Below, one piece after another: positions 57,506 to 64,000 of a stretch of DNA of 64,000 bases. A model generated the notes under the pieces. The model was not told the DNA's origin. It did no database searches and was given only the letters and a program-made list of their open reading frames with translations. The stretch's first letter is position 1, and every line of letters begins with the position of its first letter. Position numbers and translations under genes: made by a program. The DNA comes from Spirochaetia bacterium (lineage in GTDB: Bacteria; Spirochaetota; Spirochaetia; WTKD01; G963693115), in the NCBI GenBank assembly GCA_965226055.1, contig CBDDCA010000005.1, forward strand, positions 480,001 to 544,000, read 5' to 3'.

Positions 57506-57544
57506 GCTACTATATCCCTATACCATCACTATCAAATACAATTT

Positions 57545-57617
57545 TAGTGGCGAAGGGACTTGAACCCCCGACAGAACGGATATGAGCCGTTTGCTCTACC
57601 AACTGAGCTACGCCACC
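57545..57617 (-). tRNA. tRNA-Met (CAT), probably elongator
   Basis: GGTGGCG/CGCCACT acceptor, AACGG-CTCATAT-CCGTT anticodon arm, GGTTCAAGTCC; lacks initiator hallmarks (no C1:A72, no three G-C pairs). Confidence 0.9.
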
Positions 57618-57741
57618 ATGTATGATACTCGTAAATACTATATTAGTAATATAATAAACAGCATCTATGCAATATAAGACTATTATAGCATAAATATATT
57701 TATATGTATAATAAAAAAAATCTACCTATCCGCATACTCAA

Positions 57742-58356
57742 ATGAACACTATCTTGCATAAAAATATACTTATATTTTGTACAAATATAACAAAAAAATT
57801 AGAAATACACATTTTACTACACTCACAGACAGTATTTCATCATAAAACAATATACCATACAGCATATGATTTAATAAAAAAAAACAAAATACAAACTCCT
57901 CTGCTTGTACAACAATTTCAGATATATGTACACAATAACAACGACAACAATACAGCTTTACTACAACACAAAAAAACAGACAGAGACTCTTCCTTTACTT
58001 CACATAATACACAAACATGTATCCATGCCCTTATTCAATTAAATAAGACAACAGATACCCTCTTATTACAAACTATGAAGAAAAGAGATATTCAAACTCA
58101 TACTATAAAGAACAGTGTAAAAGAACACAATAGAGGAAATATGCCTATCCTATTTCATAACAACGAAGATACGCATTTAGTTGAATTCATAAGAATACTA
58201 AAAGCAACTATTGACGGGTATATAACAAATAATACACATACTATCACACAATGCTCTGGCATACTACATCAAAAATTATTAGAGATACAATTACCTCACA
58301 ATAGCCTCATATACCATTTCTATCTATTACTACTACAAATGCTACAGTCTCTATAG
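57742..58356 (+). CDS. Hypothetical protein
   Basis: 204-aa ORF filling the gap, His/Thr/Gln-rich, no recognised motif. Confidence 0.45.
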   Translation: MNTILHKNILIFCTNITKKLEIHILLHSQTVFHHKTIYHTAYDLIKKNKIQTPLLVQQFQIYVHNNNDNNTALLQHKKTDRDSSFTSHNTQTCIHALIQLNKTTDTLLLQTMKKRDIQTHTIKNSVKEHNRGNMPILFHNNEDTHLVEFIRILKATIDGYITNNTHTITQCSGILHQKLLEIQLPHNSLIYHFYLLLLQMLQSL

Positions 58357-58456
58357 ACATACGACATTTTTTATTCATTGCATATTATGTGCTACTATCA
58401 AAAATAAAATGCGAGCAAAAGATTCAGCTTCAATAGAGAATAAAAATAAATACAAT

Positions 58457-58490
58457 AGGAGCTATCATCTCACATAAGACAATAGCTCCT
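58457..58490. terminator. Terminator-like hairpin, homologous to 32021-32059
   Basis: AGGAGCTAT...ATAGCTCCT stem; the shared core CTATCATCT.ACATAAGA also occurs in the 32021 hairpin. Confidence 0.7.
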
Positions 58491-58514
58491 CCATATACAA
58501 GAGTTATCTATGCT

Positions 58515-61500
58515 CTATCGAGAAGATGGTCCTGTATAGCTTCCTCCTGCCCAATTTGGTATTTTGTTTGAAGCTACACCAGATCTTGCAAATGCATTGT
58601 TAGTAATGATACTTCTTGATCCAAGATGATCTTTCCATTCATAGATATCCTGATTAAAGGAGCTTGCCCCATAAAACATACTTTTCATAGTAGTAAGACT
58701 GCTTACATCCCACTCTGATATATCTTGATTAAACGCTTTTGCGTTATAAAACATACCAGCCATAGTGGTAACTTTCCTTACATCCCAATCCGATATATCT
58801 CCATTAAATGACGAAGTATGAAACATATCTGTCATACTAGTAACTGTCTTTACATCCCAATCCGATATATCTCCATTAAATTTCGATCTATTAAACATTC
58901 TATACATAGTTGTGACATTACTCACATCCCAGCCTGATATATCTCCATTAAATTTCGATCTATAAAACATATAATTCATTCTGGTAACTGCACTCACATC
59001 CCAGCTTGATATATCCTTATTAAATTGCGAGCTCCAAAAAATACCTTCCATAGTGGTAACTTTCCTTACATCCCACCCCGATATATTCCCATTAAATTGC
59101 GAGCCATAAAACATATAACTCATATTACTAACATTACTCACATCCCAGCCTGATATATCTCCATTAAATTTCGATCCAAAAAACATCCTAGCCATACTTG
59201 TACTGTTACTTACATCCCAACTTGATATATCCCTATTAAACTGTGATTTATAAAACATATAACTCATATCCCTAACATTACTTACATCCCAACTTGATAT
59301 ATCTCTATTAGATTGCGAGCCATAAAACATACCTCTCATATTGGTAACTGAACTTACATCCCAGCCTAATATATCTCCACTAAATTGCGATGACTTAAAC
59401 ATATTTCTCATATTGGTAACTGAACTTACATCCCACCCCGATATATCCCCATTAAATTTCGATTGATAAAACATATAACTCATATCCCTAACATTACTCA
59501 CATCCCAACTTGATATATCTCCATTAAAATTTCTCAACTCACTATCATTAAATACTCCATTCATATCTATAATATTGCCTGTATATATGAAATTTAAATC
59601 TGCGTTATTATCATCTGGCCTCCCATCATCATTCGTATCCATCACACCCTTTATCGCTACTATCAATTCTGTTTTATTCATAGGATAATATTTATATATT
59701 TTCGCAAGCTGCACTACCTCTATACTAAACTCTTTTGCTACTCTTTTTCCTGCATATGCACCATTCCCTGTAAACACAATAGTATATGTTGTATGAGACA
59801 ATGCTTTGGTAGGAGTACCACTTATCGTTCCATTTTGTGCATTAAGCTGTAACCCTGTGTCTGCAGTAAATGTATTTGGCTCTATACTATATGCTCCCGT
59901 TGCCTTAAAGGTTGAAACTCCAGTATTACTGAGCATAATACTGACATTAGGCTGCCCTACTCCTACGGTTAATGCTGAGATACCGATTCCTAAATAGGTC
60001 TGTGATATGCTATACATCCAGCTTGGCATTTTATCATTAGAGACATTAGTATTCGTAAGTATATTTCCTATAGCCACTGTTCTTCCTGCTATATGCTCTC
60101 CCCATGCTTCCAAATCCTTATCAAAGGCAGTTGCTCCCTGAAACATTGACTGCATAGTAGTTACATCATCAACTGCCCACCCCGATATATCATTATTAAA
60201 CGCTGTTGCTCCTTGAAACATTGACTGCATAGTAGTTACACTGTCAACTGCCCACCCCGACATATCTTGATTAAAGGCGGTTGCTCCTTGAAACATTGAC
60301 TGCATATTTGTAACTTTACTTACATTCCAACCTGATATATCTTTATTAAATTGCGACTCCTTAAACATCTCTCGCATATTTGTAACTTTACTTACATCCC
60401 AGCTTGATATAGTTCCATTAAAATTTTTCAGTGCATTATCATTAAATACCCCGCTCATATCTGTTATGTATCCTGTATATATTCCACTCAAGTCTGCTGC
60501 ATTCCCATTTGATGCTACCACTGTTTTTATATTTGTTATCAAAGCACTCTTTGTTTTTGGGTAGTATGTATATGTACCACTGCCGTCATGTATTTGTATG
60601 GTAAATTCTTTTATACGCCTTTTTCCTGCATAATCACCAGTCCCTGTAAACACAATTATATATTTTCTCAGTGCAAGTGCTTTTGTAGGACTACCGCTTA
60701 TCGCTCCACTCCCTGCATTAAAGGTCAAGCCTGTGTCTGCAGTAAAGGTACTTGGCACTATACTATAGCCCCCTGTCGCATTAAAAGTACTCACTCCAGT
60801 ATTAGTCAATGGAATACTAATATTCTGCTGCCCTTTTACCATAGTAAATAATGACGCAACATTGCCTCCATATCTCTGTGATATACGATACATCCAGCTC
60901 GGTATGTTTGCATCAGAGACACCAGCATTCGTAAATATATTTCCCATAGCTACTGTTCTTCCTGCTATATGTTCTCCCCATGCTTCTAAATCTTGAGCAA
61001 ACGTTGTTGCTTCGCGAAACATTTGTTCTATAGTAGTTACACTGTCAACTTCCCACCCCGCTATATCTTGATTAAATGCTTCTGCATTATTAAACATAGA
61101 TGCCATAGTGGTCACTTTTCTTACATCCCAACTTGCTATGTTTTTATCAAACACGGTATTATCCTTAAACATATTACTCATATCGGTAACTTTTCCTACA
61201 TCCCACCTTGATATATCTTGATTAAATGCACTCCTATTGAACATATTAGACATATTTGTTACTTTCTTTACATCCCAGCCTGATATATCCTTATTGAATT
61301 GACTCTCCTTAAATAGCTCACTCATATTAGTAACTTTACTGACATCCCACCCTGATATATCCCCATTAAAACTTCTTAAAGCACTATCATTAAATACTCT
61401 ACTCATATCCGTAATAGCTCCTGTATATATGCTATTCAAATCGGCACTGTTATTATCAGGGGTGTCATCATCATCAGTATCCATCACATCCTTTATTGCT

Positions 61501-64000
61501 GCTATCAACTCTGCTTTATTGGTAGGAGAGTGGCTATACTTTCCTGCTGCTACTGTCATGCTCAATGGTATCTTATAGCTCTTGCCTGCATAATCTCCTG
61601 TTCCACTAAAGAGCAGTGTATAGCTTTTTGTACTTTGTGCTTTTGTTGGACTTCCGCTTATCGTTCCTGTACTTGCATCTAAGCTAAGTCCTATATCCGC
61701 TATGCTCGGAGAGATAGTATAGCTTCCCACTGCCGTAGTAGGATACTTCTTACTTACTGTTATTGCACCATTTGCTTCTATGGCTTTGCCTACAAACCCA
61801 CTTATAGTACTGCTCTCAGTTCCTCCAACAGTAAGCACAAAATCGTAGAGCCATGTAGGAATATTGCCTTCAGAGAGTATCACTCCACTGTTATCTGCTG
61901 TATTGAACATTTTATCTGTATTTACTGCTCTTCCTACCATATGCTCTCCCCATGCCTCTAAATCCTTATCAAAGGCTGTTGCTCCTTGAAACATTGATTG
62001 CATAGTAGTTATATTATCAACTTCCCACCTTGATATATCTTGATTAAACGCTCCTGTTTCACTAAACATCTGTCTCATAGTAGCTACCTTGCTTACATTC
62101 CAATAGGATATATCCTGATTAAATGCTGTGTTCTTATAGAACAGTAACTCCATATCTGCAACACTGCGAACATCCCATAGGCTTATGTCATTGTTATACG
62201 ATGTTTCTCGAAACATCTCATTCATAGTTGTGACATTACTTACATCCCAGCCTGATATATCTCCAGCATATGATGATTTCTTAAATATATCATTCATATT
62301 TGTAACATTCCCTACATCCCAATTTGTTATGTCTCCATTTTCCCCTGTAAACTTCGATTCTTCAAACATACTGTTCATATTTGTTACATTACTGACATCC
62401 CAACCTGATATATCCCCATTAAAATCTCTCAAACTACTATCATAAAATATCTTACTCATATTTGTTATATGCCCTGTATTTATTACATTTAAGTTTGCTG
62501 TATTCCCATTAGGATTTCCATCTCCATCATCATCTGCTGCCATTACTGTTTTTATATCTGCTATCAATTCTGCTTTTGTCTTAGGAAAATATGTTTGACT
62601 GCTCGTATCCTGTATCGTAAGAGTGAGAGTAGTACTTTTTTGTTTGCCAGCATAGCCTCCATTTCCTACAAAGGTTATGGTATATTCTTTTGTAGCCAAT
62701 GCTACCGTAGGATTACCACTTATCTCTCCAGTTGTTGCATTAAATGTCAACCCTGTATCTGTAGTAAATGTATCGGGTACTATGCTATAAGTTCCTGTTG
62801 CTGCTTTCGGTGTTCTGTAAATAGAGAAAACAATATTTTTATCATTCATAGTAAGCATTCTCTTACTTACCGTACCTTTCGTATCTTTATATCTAAGAGT
62901 ATATATCCACGAAGGAAGCTTTTCATCAGGTAAATGAGAAAATATACCTTTTACATTCAGTGGTTTTCCTGATTCTGTTAGTTCTGGTATATGCTCCCCC
63001 CATGCTTCTAAATCTTGATTAAATGATGTTGCTCCATTAAACATATCCTCCATAGTAAAAACTGTCCCAACATCCCATTTGGATATATCCTGATTAAACA
63101 ATGTTGCTCCTTGAAACATTTTATCCATGTCTGCAACTATACTTACATCCCAGCCTGATATATCGCCATTAAATTGTGAATTACGAAACATACCCTCCAT
63201 ATCATAAACATTACTGATATCCCACTTTGATATATCCCCAGTAAATTGTGATCCTTGAAACATATAAAACGTAAAGTTTACATTACTTACATCCCAGTCC
63301 GATATATCCCCATCAAATTGCGATTGATGAAACATATAACCCATCCTTGTTACACTACTCACATCCCATTTTGATATATCCCCATTAAACTGCGAATTAT
63401 AAAACATGGTTCGCATAGTGATAACATTACTCACATCCCATTTTGATATATCCCCATCAAATTGCGATTCCTCAAACGTACTTTGCATAATTGTAACATT
63501 ACCTACATCCCAGTCCGATATATCCCCAGTAAATTGTGATTCTTCAAACGTACTTTGCATAATTGTAACATTACTTACATCCCAATCCGATATATCCCCA
63601 TCAAATTGCGATTGATGAAACATATAAGCCATCTTTGTTACACTACTCACATCCCATTTTGATATATCCCCAGTAAATTGTGAGTAACGAAACATCTCAT
63701 TCATAGTTGTGACATTACTCACATCCCATTTCGATATATCCCCATTAAAACTTCTCAAGGCACTATCATTAAATACTTTACTCATATCCGTAACATTCCC
63801 TGTATAAATGACATTCAAGTCTGCTTTATTATCATCTGGCGTCCCATCACCGTTTATATCCATTACCTTTTTTATTGCTGCTATCAACTCTGTTTTATTA
63901 CTAGGAAAATATGCGTATTGTCCTTGATTTGCCTTTACCTCTAATGAAAAAGGGATAGCAAGACTCTTACCTTGAAACTTAGCATCTCCAGTAAAAGTAA
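58515..64000 (-). CDS. Second giant DUF285/Ig modular surface protein (5' end beyond window)
   Basis: Frame stays open past the tracked TTG at 63887 (...TFTGDAKFQGKSLAIPFSLEVKANQGQYAYFPSNKTEL), colinear with 32095..40137; near-identical C-terminus (WAGGSYTGPSSR versus WAGGTYKGPTTSR). Confidence 0.92.
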   Translation of the reverse strand, partial: TFTGDAKFQGKSLAIPFSLEVKANQGQYAYFPSNKTELIAAIKKVMDINGDGTPDDNKADLNVIYTGNVTDMSKVFNDSALRSFNGDISKWDVSNVTTMNEMFRYSQFTGDISKWDVSSVTKMAYMFHQSQFDGDISDWDVSNVTIMQSTFEESQFTGDISDWDVGNVTIMQSTFEESQFDGDISKWDVSNVITMRTMFYNSQFNGDISKWDVSSVTRMGYMFHQSQFDGDISDWDVSNVNFTFYMFQGSQFTGDISKWDISNVYDMEGMFRNSQFNGDISGWDVSIVADMDKMFQGATLFNQDISKWDVGTVFTMEDMFNGATSFNQDLEAWGEHIPELTESGKPLNVKGIFSHLPDEKLPSWIYTLRYKDTKGTVSKRMLTMNDKNIVFSIYRTPKAATGTYSIVPDTFTTDTGLTFNATTGEISGNPTVALATKEYTITFVGNGGYAGKQKSTTLTLTIQDTSSQTYFPKTKAELIADIKTVMAADDDGDGNPNGNTANLNVINTGHITNMSKIFYDSSLRDFNGDISGWDVSNVTNMNSMFEESKFTGENGDITNWDVGNVTNMNDIFKKSSYAGDISGWDVSNVTTMNEMFRETSYNNDISLWDVRSVADMELLFYKNTAFNQDISYWNVSKVATMRQMFSETGAFNQDISRWEVDNITTMQSMFQGATAFDKDLEAWGEHMVGRAVNTDKMFNTADNSGVILSEGNIPTWLYDFVLTVGGTESSTISGFVGKAIEANGAITVSKKYPTTAVGSYTISPSIADIGLSLDASTGTISGSPTKAQSTKSYTLLFSGTGDYAGKSYKIPLSMTVAAGKYSHSPTNKAELIAAIKDVMDTDDDDTPDNNSADLNSIYTGAITDMSRVFNDSALRSFNGDISGWDVSKVTNMSELFKESQFNKDISGWDVKKVTNMSNMFNRSAFNQDISRWDVGKVTDMSNMFKDNTVFDKNIASWDVRKVTTMASMFNNAEAFNQDIAGWEVDSVTTIEQMFREATTFAQDLEAWGEHIAGRTVAMGNIFTNAGVSDANIPSWMYRISQRYGGNVASLFTMVKGQQNISIPLTNTGVSTFNATGGYSIVPSTFTADTGLTFNAGSGAISGSPTKALALRKYIIVFTGTGDYAGKRRIKEFTIQIHDGSGTYTYYPKTKSALITNIKTVVASNGNAADLSGIYTGYITDMSGVFNDNALKNFNGTISSWDVSKVTNMREMFKESQFNKDISGWNVSKVTNMQSMFQGATAFNQDMSGWAVDSVTTMQSMFQGATAFNNDISGWAVDDVTTMQSMFQGATAFDKDLEAWGEHIAGRTVAIGNILTNTNVSNDKMPSWMYSISQTYLGIGISALTVGVGQPNVSIMLSNTGVSTFKATGAYSIEPNTFTADTGLQLNAQNGTISGTPTKALSHTTYTIVFTGNGAYAGKRVAKEFSIEVVQLAKIYKYYPMNKTELIVAIKGVMDTNDDGRPDDNNADLNFIYTGNIIDMNGVFNDSELRNFNGDISSWDVSNVRDMSYMFYQSKFNGDISGWDVSSVTNMRNMFKSSQFSGDILGWDVSSVTNMRGMFYGSQSNRDISSWDVSNVRDMSYMFYKSQFNRDISSWDVSNSTSMARMFFGSKFNGDISGWDVSNVSNMSYMFYGSQFNGNISGWDVRKVTTMEGIFWSSQFNKDISSWDVSAVTRMNYMFYRSKFNGDISGWDVSNVTTMYRMFNRSKFNGDISDWDVKTVTSMTDMFHTSSFNGDISDWDVRKVTTMAGMFYNAKAFNQDISEWDVSSLTTMKSMFYGASSFNQDIYEWKDHLGSRSIITNNAFARSGVASNKIPNWAGGSYTGPSSR

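Noticed and set aside
58515-64000. Diversity-generating retroelement acting on the repeat proteins
   Set aside because: No reverse transcriptase or non-coding template repeat in the window, and differences between repeats are not restricted to adenines.

Overview
AT-rich chromosomal window, most consistent with a host-associated spirochete. The evidence is the flgN-like/flgK/flgL block, a Borrelia/Treponema-style reduced dcw cluster, spirochete-type lipoprotein signals and tRNAs without encoded CCA. Housekeeping content: flgK, flgL (cut by the left edge), infC, mraZ-rsmH-ftsL-like-murF-mraY-ftsW-ftsQ-ftsA (no ftsZ), clpC, two sugar kinases and three tRNAs (Pro-GGG, probable Ile2-CAT, Met-CAT). 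Accessory content: a single gene fusing two membrane lycopene-cyclase domains to a CrtU-like aromatic-carotenoid desaturase, and three very large surface lipoproteins with DUF285 (BspA-type) repeats. Two of those lipoproteins are modular, mosaic paralogs, and one is cut by the right edge. Also present are an intact IS481-type element with a 15-bp target duplication plus two remnants, tandem PycTM-like membrane paralogs (one frameshifted), and an operon linking a substrate-binding protein, a degenerate DAACS transporter, a K+ channel and a stand-alone cNMP-binding protein. Regulatory patterns read from the sequence are sigma28-type promoters at non-flagellar genes, a recurrent leaderless TANNNT-N6-ATG start architecture and a probable ATT start for rsmH. 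All calls come from motif recognition by eye; no database searches were run.
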